Assembly (NCBI RefSeq): GCF_006345805.1
Contig: NC_043010.1
Coordinates: forward strand, 63,674,001 to 63,738,000
Source: Octopus sinensis
Lineage: Eukaryota
Length of the DNA: 64,000 nucleotides
Direction: 5' to 3'
Part shown: positions 1-14,764 of the stretch, piece after piece
Layout: every line of letters starts with the position of its first letter
Numbering within the stretch: the stretch's first letter is position 1
Notes under the pieces: model-generated
The model's input: only the letters and a program-made list of their open reading frames with translations
Databases searched by the model: none
Told to the model about the DNA's origin: nothing
Made by a program: the position numbers and the translations under genes

Positions 1-301
1 CATATATATATAAATATACATGCATATATGGGTACAGGACATAAAAAAAATGAAGAACACAATGAGAAACGAAAACATAAAAACAAAAATATAGAAACGA
101 ACTTTTTGGGGGGAACAATGAAAAAAACAAACGGAGAAAGAAGACATGCAACATAAAGAATATTCCCCTTCTTCAGTTGTCCATGTTTCATCTACTTCAT
201 GTTTCGAAGGCAAGGACATGTGTGTGTGTATATATATATATATATATACATATATGTGTGTATGTGTATGTATATATGTAAATATATATATTATGTATAT
301 A

Positions 302-369
<68 letters not shown>

Positions 370-464
370 TATATATGTATATATCTATATCTATATATAT
401 ATATACACACATATATACATATATAAATTTATACATATATATGGATATATATGTATATATATAT

Positions 465-565
<101 letters not shown>

Positions 566-827
566 TATATATATATTCTATATGTTTATATACACCCACC
601 TCACACTCACACACACACATATATATATATATATATGTCATCATCATCACCATCACATTCATTGTTGTTCCTTTATTTTGCACCTGCTTTCCAAGCTAGT
701 ATAGGTTAGTGGGGTTGTTACAGTTAAGGTATCGTACATGAGATTCGGTCTTGCTTCTATGGCTGAATGCCTTTCCTAACAACCATTTTACATTCTATGT
801 ATGTGTGTATGTGTATGTATCTGTATC

Positions 828-923
<96 letters not shown>

Positions 924-1056
924 TATATACATATATATACTATACATATATACATACATATGCACATGTACACACACAAATATATATTTGTGTGCATCCA
1001 TACAGATATATATATATAAAAACATTATATATATATATATATATATAATAATATTA

Positions 1057-1650
1057 GGGAGTAAATCCAAACTTACAGGGAAAAATTAGATTTAGGATTA
1101 AATCCAATTTTATAGTATAAATATATATTATATTAAATTAGAGATAAAACCACTATTAGGCAAATCAAACAGTGAAAATCATAAACCAATACATAGAAAG
1201 AAATTAATTAAAAAAATATAAAATATAAATATAAAAAATATAAAATATAAAATTCCAAATTAAAATATTTAAATTAAAGTTAAAATTTAAAAAATTATTT
1301 AAATAATTTAAACTTATAAATTTTAAATATATATATATATATATATATATAGTAAATTATATAACTATCAAAAAGTATTAAAAGTTTAATATAATATAAA
1401 TAGTAAAAACACTACGATCGTTTCATGCCCGTAATCAATTCGAATAACAATAATTTAAATTCAATTTATAATTCGAATTATGGTTACAGTCAATCTTCAG
1501 GTTAATTGTAATATTTTAATTTGGAATTTTATATTTTATATTTTTTATATTTATATTGTATATTTTTTTAATTAATCTTTTTCTATGTATTGGCTTATGA
1601 TTTTCACTGTTTGATTTGCCTAATAGTGGTTTTATCTCCAATTTAATATA
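1057..1650 (-). mobile_element. Non-autonomous Penelope-like derivative with inverted arm and hammerhead motif, in (TA)n
   Basis: About 1130-1270 is inverted at about 1510-1650. Minus strand 1500-1413 reads CTGAAGA-long stem-GAAA-CGATCG-TA. Confidence 0.6.
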
Positions 1651-2366
1651 TATATATATACACATATATATATATATATATACACACACACATATATATA
1701 CACAGACATATATATATATGTCTGTGTGTGTGTGTGTATATGTATATGTAAGCACACACAGACACATGCTTACAAATACATACACACACACACAACCAAC
1801 ACCCAACCGCACACAGTTATGCACACACAATAGCTAGAACTCAAATAAAATTGCACAGGCATAAGCAGACAGAGAGGAGAAAGAGATTGCTACACACAGG
1901 ATACACTTGCTCTACATACACTGTACACACACACACACACAGACACACACACAAATACATAACTAAAAGTACACACAGCCACACACACGGCAAGCACTAC
2001 TGCATAGCACTGTGATTAGCATGGTGCTTGATTGCATGCCTGTCTCCTCCCAACGCTGTATGCCACAGAGAGAGAGACAAGAATTGCTATGACCCTTTCA
2101 CCCAACACCCACCAGAGCAATGTTTTCTGCGAAGGTGGAATGACAAAGAAAATAGCTGAGAGTTTACAAAGGGAAAATTAAAGGAATAGCATTTTCATCT
2201 CAAAATGTGTGTGCCTGCGTATGTGTGTGTTTGTAAGTGGGTGTGTGTGGGGGTGTTTATATTTGCTTTTTTGTGTGTATACACAGGCATATATGTGTGT
2301 GTACACACACACACACACACCATTTGTACATATATATATGTATATATATAATATATATACTACATT

Positions 2367-2419
<53 letters not shown>

Positions 2420-2527
2420 GCATATGAATATCTATTTATTTATCTAGTCATCTATTTACACACACACATTTGTACATATATATATATATGTGTATATATA
2501 TAGATATGGTATATATATATATATCTA

Positions 2528-2681
<154 letters not shown>

Positions 2682-3185
2682 AATAAATGCATATGAATAT
2701 CTATCTATTTATCAATCTAGCCATCTATCTACACGCATACACACATACATTTACGACGACAACGATAATGATGATGATGATAATCATCATCATCATCATC
2801 ATCATCATCATTATGATCTAACATCCATGTTCTATGTGGGCATGGGTTGGATGGTTTGACATGGATCTCATGGATCCAAGAACTGCATCATGCCCCAGGG
2901 TCTGCTCTGGCATGGCTCCTAACAGCTTGAGGCCCTTCTGAAATTACAGTGAGTACTGGGTACTTTTTTTCATGCTGCTGGCACAAATGAGGTTGTAGCG
3001 CAGCTCAGGGGTCTACATAAAGTTGAGAAGCTGTGGTAGGAGCATCCTTATATTAGATGGGGATGAGGTATGAGAGAAAAGGTTGGTAGAGCAGACATAC
3101 ACACACACAGACTCAAAGTACATAGCCTTGTTTATATATATGTATGTGTCTGTACATTTATGTTTATATATGTGTGTGTGTTGTA

Positions 3186-3220
<35 letters not shown>

Positions 3221-3494
3221 TATATATATTATGTGTGCGTGTGTTATGTGAAAGATTGTGAGTCAAGAAGTTTGCTTCCCAATAGCATGGGTCAGAGTTC
3301 AGTCCCACTGAGTGACATCTTGGGCAGGTGTTATCTACTATAGCCTTGGGCTGACCCTGCCTAAAAAAGTACAGGGATCAATTCATTTTACTAAAATTCC
3401 TTAAGCCATTGCTCTAGCATGGCCAAAGTTTAATGACCATATATATATATACATAGTGGAAGTCAACTTGTGACTGAGTAAGACCACTTTCTAC

Positions 3495-5275
3495 ACTCAC
3501 TCCATTCTAAGAAATATCTAAGGTTTACTCTCTTCTTCGCTGATGGTGTCCTTACGGCTCCTAAGGCCTGCAAGGGACTTACAAGTCATTCCACACGAAT
3601 CACGATTAACCCTTCCCAAAGACAGCAGCACCCCAACCAGCTGGACATTGGGACTTACAATGCTGAGTGTGTCCACTGACTGACCCACACACTGCTGCCT
3701 AAGGTGTGTGGGGAGTAACCACTGTGAGCACACTTGTGGCTGATCAGGTCTGCCTTTGGGAAGCAGACATGACTACACTGGTCACATGAAAGAGACTCTT
3801 TTGTGCCCTTCTCAAGAAGAGGGTTTATGTTATCCATATATTTACCAGCACATTTCAACTCAATTGGGCAACTATGTTATTCTTGAATTCTTTAATACCT
3901 GTAGCAATCAGCTTCCTCAACAGCACTCTACCTGATGTAAAATCTCCCCAGGTGTTAGTATTGGTATTTATATTTTTTGTGTCTTTAAGATTGTCTTTGA
4001 AATACTAACATGGCTTGCACTGTGGACATTTTCCTTGCTCCAGCTCACCATACAACACCTGCTTTGGCATGTGGGTGTCCTCTAAACAGACAAGATGATT
4101 ACGTCATCTATGTGGGTGTTTCATAACCATGGATTTGATGCTAATCATTTACACCAGCTACAGTATTCACGTATCAGGTACATGAGATTACCATGAGATC
4201 TTCAGGATATTATGCAAGCATCATTGGTGGAATTGCTTGAGACATTGGATATGGCTGTGCTAGGTTGTCCAGGTCTCACATCAATACAACAGCAATGTTA
4301 AGACACATGTTTGATAGACATCAACGTTTGCTGTTGCTGCTGCTGCTTTGATGTCTATTTGTAACCAGAGCCTCAGTTTGAGGTTTCCAAATACTTCACA
4401 GGCCTTAGAAAGTCTATAATTGACCTCCTTGTCATGTGTATTAAATCTAGATGGTCTGCTGCCAAGGTAGACAAACATCCATGGCTTATAATATTTTACT
4501 CTTGACATATATCAGTGGTGAGATAAATGGTTTGCCTGGTGCTGGCTGTAGCATGACTACAATCTTTGTAAGTCCAAACAAATAAATGTGTCTGAAAAGC
4601 AGTCCAGCACCTTGTGGCATAGAGAGTAACTCCATGGCCCACAGAATCTTCTCAAGACTGGCTACAATAGAGTGACGCTGCAGGTCTTCCTCTGTGCCAG
4701 TTATGAGATTGCAGTCATCAGCACAAAGGGGATCACAAATGAGAGCCATGAAAGTTTTTTGTTGTCACAGTAAAAGGACAGATGTTGGAGAGCTGTCCAG
4801 TTGTACAGCAATGGATGTAGATACAAGCATTGCTATGTGCAAAGGTTTGCAAGATAAAAATACCAAAGAAGATGACAAACGATATAGGAGTCAGGAGATG
4901 ACCCTGTTTAACACCAGATTAAAACTGAGATGGGTTCTTGTAAGTTCATTGTTGACACAGACCCATGCTTCTGTGCTGTCATGAAAAGGTCAAATGAACC
5001 TTGAGAACTTTTCTGGACATCCCTAAGAGTTGGCCCTAGTTACAGTGCCAAAGGCCTTGGTAAGACTGATAAAACACTTGTACAGATCAAGTTGTTCCCT
5101 ACACTTCTCTGAAACATGTTAGGTTGTAAAGATCATATCAGTTGTACCTCAATTTGGCCGAAAACCACTTTGTGACTCAGGAAGAATGTCTGATGCAACA
5201 TAATCCAACAACTGATTGACAAGTATCCTTACAAAAATTTTGCCAAAAACTAACAAAAGGGATATTCCATGATAG
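3495..5275 (-). mobile_element. Decayed, 5'-truncated RTE-clade LINE (RT to C-terminus)
   Basis: Minus frames give GISLL..GKIFVRIL...LPESQSGFRPN*GTTDMIFT, LCADDCNL..TEEDLQ, FVYLGS...[22 protein letters not shown]...[12 protein letters not shown] and C-terminal Cys/His fingers. Many stops and frameshifts. Confidence 0.9.
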
Positions 5276-6435
5276 AAAGGCCCCAAACACACACACACAC
5301 ACACACACACACATTATAAACATACATATATACATAATAATGATGATAATGATTTGTGTGTGTGTTATATTAATTATATTAATGTTATATTCCTAGTATC
5401 AAATTATAATTGAAAAATAAATACCCAGACACAACATATAAAATAAATTTCAAAATGTACCTGAACTTATCAACCATATAATTCTAATTCAGCATTGATG
5501 AGTTTATTAGTTCTCACACTATTCCCATAATCCTGTGTGGCTTAATGCAAAATGCTTGACTAACACATTATTACTATCATTGCTTAATTCGGATGATATG
5601 ACTGTGAGAGTTTTGAAAACATTAACAGACTTACGGATTTCGGAATATGATGGTTTCAAATCAAAAATCAAGGATCAATAAAGAAATATGAAAAATCTTC
5701 AAAAAAAAGATCAGTCTTAAACATAGTTGTATCTTTACAGAGTTGGAAGAAAAGCTGTTGCCTTTTTACACAAATGTAAATATATACAACAAAACAACAA
5801 ATTCACAATGTACCTTAGAATTTCAGATTGAAAGTCGGAATAGATTAAGCAATACAAAATACAGAAAAATAGTCAATGGTAATTCATCAACTGAAAAAAG
5901 CCCCATCAAAAACGCAATAAGTTACAAAGACTTCCATAATATCTTCTTAGTCATTAATAAAAAACTGTCCTTACTCTCAAGCCATATTAAAAACCCATGA
6001 TGTACAGAAGCTAAGCAGTCTCCATAATGGCGAAATATTGCTGCCGACGTACGATAAAAAATTCAGCTCTGATCGAATTACACTTTTGAATCTCGTCCCA
6101 CCTCAAACAGAAATATAAAAATGGTTGAACTTGAATTATTGTAGCAGTCCCTTGAGATTCTTAGTGACAAAAATATCATAAAAATTGATAATAAACTGTG
6201 AAAGCTATTCAAGTGTGAAGGCAACAAACAGTGACACAAACACAGCAATAATGTAATTAAGAGACTCAGGTTTGATCTATAAGATCTGAAAAATAATGAA
6301 AATGTAATTTGTATGATAAGAGCAATCTCTTTGTTATTACAGATAGGATGATGGGCGTCCATCAGTCACTTATTGAATGGACAGAATTATCTGCCCATTG
6401 AATTATTGTGTAAGTGGTTGTGTATTCCACAGATG

Positions 6436-6815
6436 TTCTTTTACTTGTTTCAGTCATTTGACTGCGGCCATGCTGGAGCACTGCCTTTAGTCGAGCGAAT
6501 CGACCCCAGGACTTATTCTTGTAAGCCTAGTACTTATTCTATCGGTCTCTTTTGCTGAACCGTTAAGTTACGGGGACGTAAACACACCAGCATCAGTTGT
6601 CAAACGATGTTAGGGGGACAAACACAGACATACAAACATATATACATATATACGACGGGCTTCTTTCAGTTTCTGTCTACCAAATCCACTCACAAGGCTT
6701 TGGTCGGCCCGAGGCTATAGTAGAAGACACTTGCCCAAGGTGCCACGCAGTGGGATTGAACCCGGAACCATGTGGTTTGTAAGCAAGCTACTTACCACAC
6801 AGCCACTCCTATGCC
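6436..6815 (-). mobile_element. tRNA-derived SINE, family A
   Basis: Matches about 10 other copies in the window. Family head is ggcgcaggagtggctgtgtggtaag...ggttcagtcccac (A/B-box-like) and the tail is (gtaaaaga)n. Confidence 0.9.
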
Positions 6816-6943
6816 ACTTCATATGTACCCTTAATGTAATTCTCAAGCAGAACCAGCATGGCACAATGTGTGACGAGGCAGAACCATTTTGAATTCTAGG
6901 TACAATGCATCCAATGGGGTTGCTCTGGAGTTTTTGTCTACAC

Positions 6944-7380
6944 CAGTGCTTCTCAACTGGAGTAGATTTTTGAAGGGCCACACAAGCAAAATAGTAAATT
7001 GGGGACCAACAGCATATAATTAGGGTCCAAGGAAATATTTTGTTTGTAAAGCATTTATTGCAAGAAACAACTAGATTTCTTTCTCTAACGTTTTACATAG
7101 TTCAACTTATACAAGTTAATGTCATCATCGTTTAACGTCTGTTCTCCATGCTAGCATGGGTTGGACGGTTCGTCTGGGGATCTGGGAAGCCAGAAGGCTG
7201 CACCAGGTTCTAGTCTGATCTGGCAGTGTTTCTACAGCTGGATGCCTTCCTAACGCCAACCACTCCGTGAGTGTAGTGGGTGCTTTTTATGTGCCACCTG
7301 CACAGTCATGCCACCTGCACAGACGTGCCACCTGCATGTGAAAAGGAAAATAGGAATTTCGAAGTCTCTATAAAACTTCT
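6944..7380. mobile_element. hAT/Charlie-type MITE fragment, split by an RTE-tail insertion
   Basis: Begins cagtgcttctcaac. Body is the reverse complement of 48748-49045. Confidence 0.6.
7122..7336 (-). mobile_element. Family C: RTE-LINE 3'-tail element ending in (GAT)n
   Basis: catcatcgtttaacgtc...ccatgctagcatggg...ggatgccttcctaacgccaacc, shared with more than 12 copies. Confidence 0.85.
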
Positions 7381-8124
7381 TAACCAAATGATAAATAATA
7401 TATTTCGCAACAATAAAATATTCATCAAAATTAATAAAAATAACACAATTAAAAATTACGGTTAATGAAGTAATTCCTGCTGCTAATAATCAGATATGAG
7501 GTATCTCCTCCCTTTACATAGAAGAAGAGTTTAGCCTTGCAGATATCTGTAGCACTATTAACACTGTTAACTCTTTCTCAAATCAATATTCCTTTTCACA
7601 GAATCGCCAAAAGACTAGACCTCATGACAAAGAAATACTTGACAGATATACAATCAACTGAAGAATTACAAGCAATTCTGCAGAAAACTGAAAAAGTTAG
7701 TAAAATTTCAACCATGGCTGTTGAAAGTCTTCGCATCAACATCTCAGTAATGGAAACTATAAAAGTGATCTTGGATAACTACATTCAACCAGGGCCAGAT
7801 TAAGACCCATAGAAGCCCAAAGCACTTTAAAAATTTTGGTGCCCCCATATTTATGTAATTCAAAATATAAACAATAATAAACCATAAAATAAATGTTTTT
7901 TTTCAATATGAAAAAAAACTAACAGTAAGATGGAAAATAAAGTTTATTTTTGTATACTTTCACTTTATTTGTATTTGAAAAGTTTTCTCCTCCTGTTTTT
8001 TTAAGGACAAAGTCTTTGCAATGTTTTCACTATGACACCATGAACACTTTGAAGTTATATTTTCAGTCATATAAACTCCTTTGAATATCATTTTAGTTTA
8101 AAGTGATTTCTTTTGTGCCATAAA

Positions 8125-8353
8125 CCTATTTCTTTACTACCCACAAGGGGCTAAACACAGAGAGGACAAACAAGGACAAACAGATTAAGTCGATTACATC
8201 AACCCCAGTGCGTAACTGGTACTTATTTAATCAACCCCAAAAGGATGAAAGGCAAAGTCGACCTCGGTGGAATTTGAACTCAGAACGTAGCGGCAGAGGA
8301 AATACCGGAAAGCATTTCGCTCGGCGTGCTAACGATTCTGCCAGCTCACCACC
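8125..8353 (-). mobile_element. tRNA-derived SINE, family B
   Basis: Head ggtgagctggcagaatcgttagc...gagttcaaattcc followed by the central block gtcgactttgcctttcatcctttt/cgggg. Matches 24139, 33538 and 58236. Confidence 0.88.
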
Positions 8354-8940
8354 ATTGTGCCATAAACCATTTACCATTTCTCTGGTGCCACTCCCCAACT
8401 CCTTTGATGCCCTAAGCATGTGCCTATTTTTGTTAATGGTTAATCCAGTGCTGCATACAACATATTAGAAAAACCTCATGCTATACCAAGTAACATCCTG
8501 AAAAGGTTTCTCTTGGCTTGCGCAACTGAAGGGCTCTATTTCCCTGTTCATCAGATAATCTATACATTTAGAAGAAGGTATAGTTATGGGTTCCCCACTT
8601 GGACCTACATTCACAGAGTTGTAAATCACTAATGTAAAAGAAGACAGTTGTTCCCAAATATAACCACACAATTTCACCAGATATCTTGATGACATATTTA
8701 CTATTGATGACATAGTTATTGTGACACAACAAACTAGTCCTAGCTCTGGCATAAATTCAGACCATAGAATCACCTCATTCTTAGCTATAAATGTAGGAAT
8801 AAAGAACAACACATGTAGCATCTGAATTTACATGAAAAAACACAAGCAAAGGCTTATATAAATATATATATATATATATACTGTCCAACGTGTGCTAGCA
8901 TGGAAAACGGATGTTAAACAATGATGATGATGATATATAT

Positions 8941-9145
8941 AGTCAATCCAAACATGAACAAGCAAGAAAAAACAGCAACAACACGAGGACGTGGAATTAG
9001 TACAGTGTTATTGGACGCTCAGGGAAGCAAAGAAAAGAAAGAGGATTTCACATTTCGAGCAGAGCTCTTCATCAGAAATATAGAAAAAGTCCAAAGAAGG
9101 GAAGGCAGAGAAAGAAAATCGCCAACGATACACACACGGTCACAT
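8941..9145 (-). mobile_element. Short hammerhead-motif element (Penelope pLTR-like) in (TA)n
   Basis: Reverse complement of the 44195-44552 units. Minus strand reads attt-CTGATGA-a-gagc-tct-gctc-GAAA-tgtg-aaat. Confidence 0.7.
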
Positions 9146-10352
9146 ATATATGATATATATATATATAGATGTATTATATATATATATATAGATATAATAT
9201 ATTATATATATATATTGAATAGTAAGTGTTTCCCTATATGAACAAATATTTAGTCAAATCCCTTTTTTTGCACAAAGTTTTACATTTCATTCATCCCCTG
9301 AAAGAACTTAATAAGGAAACTTACACTTAAAACAAACATTAGTTAATAATGATTACCCTCATAAAGTAACAGACGAAGCTATAGAAAATCCAAGAAGCAA
9401 ATATGCCCATAGTGATATATACAGATACAACCCAACTAAAAAGACATAAACCCACACAAATTGTATATTATAAGAATCAAATGCAATTTGGTAATAAAAT
9501 GAAAAAATCATTAAAGACTGAACAGAACCTGTACCAAACCTAACTACAAGTGCATAGCTAGAAAATATTACAATAACTAAAAATCTCTTCATTAATGTGA
9601 AACCACAAACCAGCAATCCACAGGGTGTACTGCAGACAGTCAATGTAATATAGAAGTTTCAATGTAAACACAAAAGTTGTAAACTTCATGACTCAGACTG
9701 TTACACTGATTACACAAATACAGCACTTTCTCATTGGCTGACCACATTTTCCCACCAAGGAACTCATCACAACACAGTACACAAAGTAAATTATGATAGA
9801 AAAACAGTATATATGCATGTATGTGTGTATATAATATTTATATATATATATACACACACACACACACAAACACATATACACACACATATATTTTCATACT
9901 TTCATGCATGTATGTGCACACATGTATGTATGTTTCTCCATCCAATATTCAGGGTTTGGTCTTGGGCAAGCCTTGGGTTAAACTATACCTTATAAGACAA
10001 AATGAACAGAGGGAAATTGTGTGGAAGCCCACCGAATGGATTATAGTAATCAGCCAAAGTTTCATTCAAGTCATACAGTGGTAGGCTGATCTCAGCAGAG
10101 AATTACATTAGGGGAACTGCTGGATTTGGAATACTCGGCCACTTTCATGCTTCTTCAAAGAACATGATAGATGAGTAAACAAATGGATGAAACAAATGGA
10201 AAACTCACGACTGGAAATTTTGACAGAGATCCATTTAAATGCGTGCAAGTGTAATATATATATACATACATGTCTGTGTGTGTGTGTATATATTTAAATA
10301 TATATGCATGTGTGTGTGTGTGTACATAAATATGTATAAATATATGTATACA

Positions 10353-10397
<45 letters not shown>

Positions 10398-10602
10398 AAT
10401 ACACACACGTACAGATATATATACACACAAAGTGTATGTGTATATACACAAAGTGTATGTGTATATACACACATGTATATGTGAATATACACTCACTCTA
10501 CTTTGAGACAAATGAATATGTATAAAAATAAAAAATTGAGAGCTTACACACGGACACAAAATAAATATATTTTATAATAAAATATATATAAAATATTTAG
10601 TT

Positions 10603-10635
<33 letters not shown>

Positions 10636-10713
10636 CATATATATATATATACATGTGTGTGTGTGTATATGCATATAAAATAACCAAGGCAACACAATAT
10701 AAAAGCCAAATGT

Positions 10714-10850
10714 AAAAATTCAATTGTCACTAATTGTAACTGAGGGTGCCGGGTATATATAGGTGCTAGATATAGGGGTGCTACCCACCTGGCACCTAAT
10801 ATAGATGCTACCTGGCACCTTCAGCCACAGTTAGTGACTACTGAATTTTT
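10714..10850. repeat. 137-bp imperfect palindrome (fold-back)
   Basis: aaaaattcaattgtcactaattgtaactgagggtgccgggta pairs with tacctggcaccttcagccacagttagtgactactgaattttt. Inner taggtgctag pairs with ctggcaccta. Confidence 0.85.
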
Positions 10851-10910
10851 CCTTTTGTGTGTATATATATATATGTATGTATGTATGTATTATATATGTA
10901 TATATATATA

Positions 10911-11022
<112 letters not shown>

Positions 11023-12084
11023 ATGTATGTATATGTATATGTATATATATATATGTGTGTGTGTATATATATATATATATAATATAGACATATATGAGTA
11101 TGGACATGCATACACTCATATATATGTATTACATACATACATATATATATATAATATATATATATATAATATATATATATATGCATGTATATATATACAC
11201 ACACACATATATATATTCAAGTAATAAACTAATATATGATACATTGATAATATTTATAAATATGTATATACAATGTGTGTCTGTGTATTATATATATATG
11301 TGTGTGTGCATATATATTATATACATATATATACATCATGCACACACACACACAAATGCACACAAAGCCAATACCTTTGCCTTTGAAGCTACACACATGC
11401 ATCACTAAATATTTCAAAGTATTAAACTATTAAAGAAATTAAATTATATAATTTTATATAAATTCATTTTTTTTCACCACATATACACTCACATATACAC
11501 TTTTATTTATATACACACATGTGTGTAAATAATATTCCTACATATAAATGTATTTGCATGTGAGTGCGTGTATAAGGGAAAGTGAGTATATGTGTGTCTC
11601 GGCGCTGCTGTCGTAGTCTGCCTGTGTCCAATGCTAAGCGAGTGTTTCCCATTACATGTGTGCATACGTACATACATACACAACAGACATATGTCCAAGT
11701 GCTACTACCATCTCTAAAATAATGTGTTTTTTGAAATTTTGTGCAATGCCTCCCTGAAATATCTCCCTGCGGTTGGGTCCATGACTCACAGTCTAGGAAC
11801 CACTACAATTCCTGAATAGCAAAGGGGGGTGGGGTAGTGATGTGAGGGGGCTGGAGAATGTCTCTCCATACACACTGGCATTTTATTTATTCATTCAGTT
11901 TATGTGTTTTTTACTTATTTATTTTCATTTTAGTGGAATTTTTATCCCTGTCTTTGTCACCGTTGTAGTGGTTCTCGTTCATGGAGTTTGAGGCTAATGT
12001 TTCAAATTTGGAACATCATACATATTACAGTGATTGAATAGTTGTTCTATATATATATATGTAGATATATAATTTATATGTGTC

Positions 12085-12121
<37 letters not shown>

Positions 12122-12372
12122 GCATACATACATATATATATATGAATGTATAATACATATATATATGTATATATATTTAGATAAATGTATGAGAAATAAT
12201 TATGTATATGTATATGTGTGTGTATGTATATATATATACATACATATATACATGTACAAACATATGTAGATGTATATATATGTATTTATGTATATATATA
12301 TATACATATATAATATATATATACATACATATTCATATATGCATGTATATATATTTATATATGCATATATAT

Positions 12373-12418
<46 letters not shown>

Positions 12419-13004
12419 CATACATATTCATATATGCAATATATATATATGCATGTATATATATATCACATACATATATGTGTATAATTTGATTTTAACA
12501 GAGGAACCAGAAGCAGAAAAAGCTACAAAGAATAGCATGTAGATATTAAGTTAAAAGCCCATTTGGATAGAAGAGGTCAAAGGCTGCCCAAATATATATT
12601 ATATTATACCATATCATATAATATTATATTGGATTATATTAAATTAAATCTAACCTTTGTCAATTTTTATGATGATTATTATATTGTTCGATCAACTCAG
12701 AGACCTACAATTTGAATTAAGTTCCCATCGGCTTAATATTACATAGAGACATGTACCCTTAATAAGTTATCAGTGAGACTCAGAGGAACACAGGGTACTG
12801 GACACTTCAAGCAGAATACATTGCAAGGGCCTGTCTACATGAAGTTCTCACAAAAGTTGGTTTGCCCCATGACCCATGAATTTGCCTTAGATACCAAGCA
12901 GTAGATTGAACCTGGGACCTTATGATTAAGATTTGAATTTCATAAACATCTGGCTTTGCTGGGTTCAATACATACATACATATGATCATACAACGCTACA
13001 ACTA

Positions 13005-13036
<32 letters not shown>

Positions 13037-13140
13037 CTAACATATACATCACACACATATGTATATAAAATAGTTATACATAAACGAAGATGATGATATA
13101 CATACTTATATACATTCATACATAACATATATATATACAT

Positions 13141-13171
<31 letters not shown>

Positions 13172-13196
13172 CATATACATATTATATATATAATAA

Positions 13197-13229
<33 letters not shown>

Positions 13230-13254
13230 GTGTGTATATATATATATATATGTG

Positions 13255-13296
<42 letters not shown>

Positions 13297-13321
13297 TATA
13301 TGTATATATATATGTTATATC

Positions 13322-13374
<53 letters not shown>

Positions 13375-13418
13375 TAATATATATTATATATATATATATA
13401 ATATGTATATGTATATAC

Positions 13419-13471
<53 letters not shown>

Positions 13472-13482
13472 GTATGTATATA

Positions 13483-13918
13483 GGCACAAGTGTGGTTGTG
13501 TTGTAAGAAGCTTGCTCCTGGACTACATAGTGCAAGGCTCAGATCCACTACATGGCATCTAGGGCAAGTGTTTTCTACTAGAGCCTCAGGCAAACAAGTC
13601 ATTCGCAAGTCTTGTGAATTTGATGGATGGAAACTGAATGAAACTCATTGTATGAGCGTGCATTTGTGTTTCTGTGTGTGTGAGTGTATGTGTGTGTATG
13701 TGTTTCCGTGTTTGTGTCTATATTTGTCCTCTGCCACTGTTTGACAACCAGTGCTGGTGTCTTTAGTACCTGTAATTTAGCAGTATGTCAAAAGGGATCG
13801 ATAGAATAAGTATCAGGCTTAACAAAGGTAAAGAAGGAATAAGTATTGGGGTCAATTCATTTGTCTAAAATTCTTCAGGGCAGTACCCCACTGTGACAGC
13901 AGTTAAATGAATGAACAA
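13483..13918 (+). mobile_element. Old, diverged family A SINE
   Basis: ggcacaagtgtggttgtgttgtaagaagcttgc... collinear with the family A copies. Confidence 0.75.
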
Positions 13919-13953
13919 TTAATATATCTTTTTAATGTATGTGTGCATATGTG

Positions 13954-14045
<92 letters not shown>

Positions 14046-14117
14046 TAGATATAGATATAAAAATAGATATGAACATACATATGTGTATATATATATGTAT
14101 TTATGTATATATATATA

Positions 14118-14191
<74 letters not shown>

Positions 14192-14279
14192 TACATGTGT
14201 AGAGATATGTATGTATATGCATATACATACATATATATGTATACATCATCATCATTTAATATCCAGTTTCCATGCTAGC

Positions 14280-14405
<126 letters not shown>

Positions 14406-14513
14406 CACACTTACATATGTACAAATAAGTACATACATTCATATATATATATATCATGTGCATATATACATACATATACATATATATATGTATATATATA
14501 TATATATATTATG

Positions 14514-14571
<58 letters not shown>

Positions 14572-14727
14572 TAAACAGTAAAAATAATTACAGACATGGA
14601 CAAGAACTGAAACACCACAGAGACGGACACAAAACCACAGGACGGGACATTCGAAGCCCTCAGTCATCAGTCAAGAACCAGATCCTCTTAGCAATTCTGA
14701 TTAATTTTATCCATACCAAACATATAT

Positions 14728-14764
<37 letters not shown>

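Larger units (their letters stand above)
5640..9810 (+). mobile_element. Decayed Penelope-like element ORF (N-terminus, RT, GIY-YIG endonuclease) in four pieces
   Basis: About 5640-6345: EKLLPFYTNV, KMVELELL*QSL, DKSNLFVI. About 7380-7790: SQINIPFHRIAKRL...STMAVESLRINISVMETIKVIL. About 8460-8855: EGIVMGSPLGPTF...RYLDDIFTI. About 9220-9810: LKQTLVNNDYP, YYKNQM, NVI*KFQC...CYTDYTNTALSHWL. Confidence 0.85.

Noticed and set aside
160-215. Permuted hammerhead-like boxes on the minus strand (GAAAC...CTGAAGA)
   Set aside because: No NUH triplet or convincing stems in this copy.
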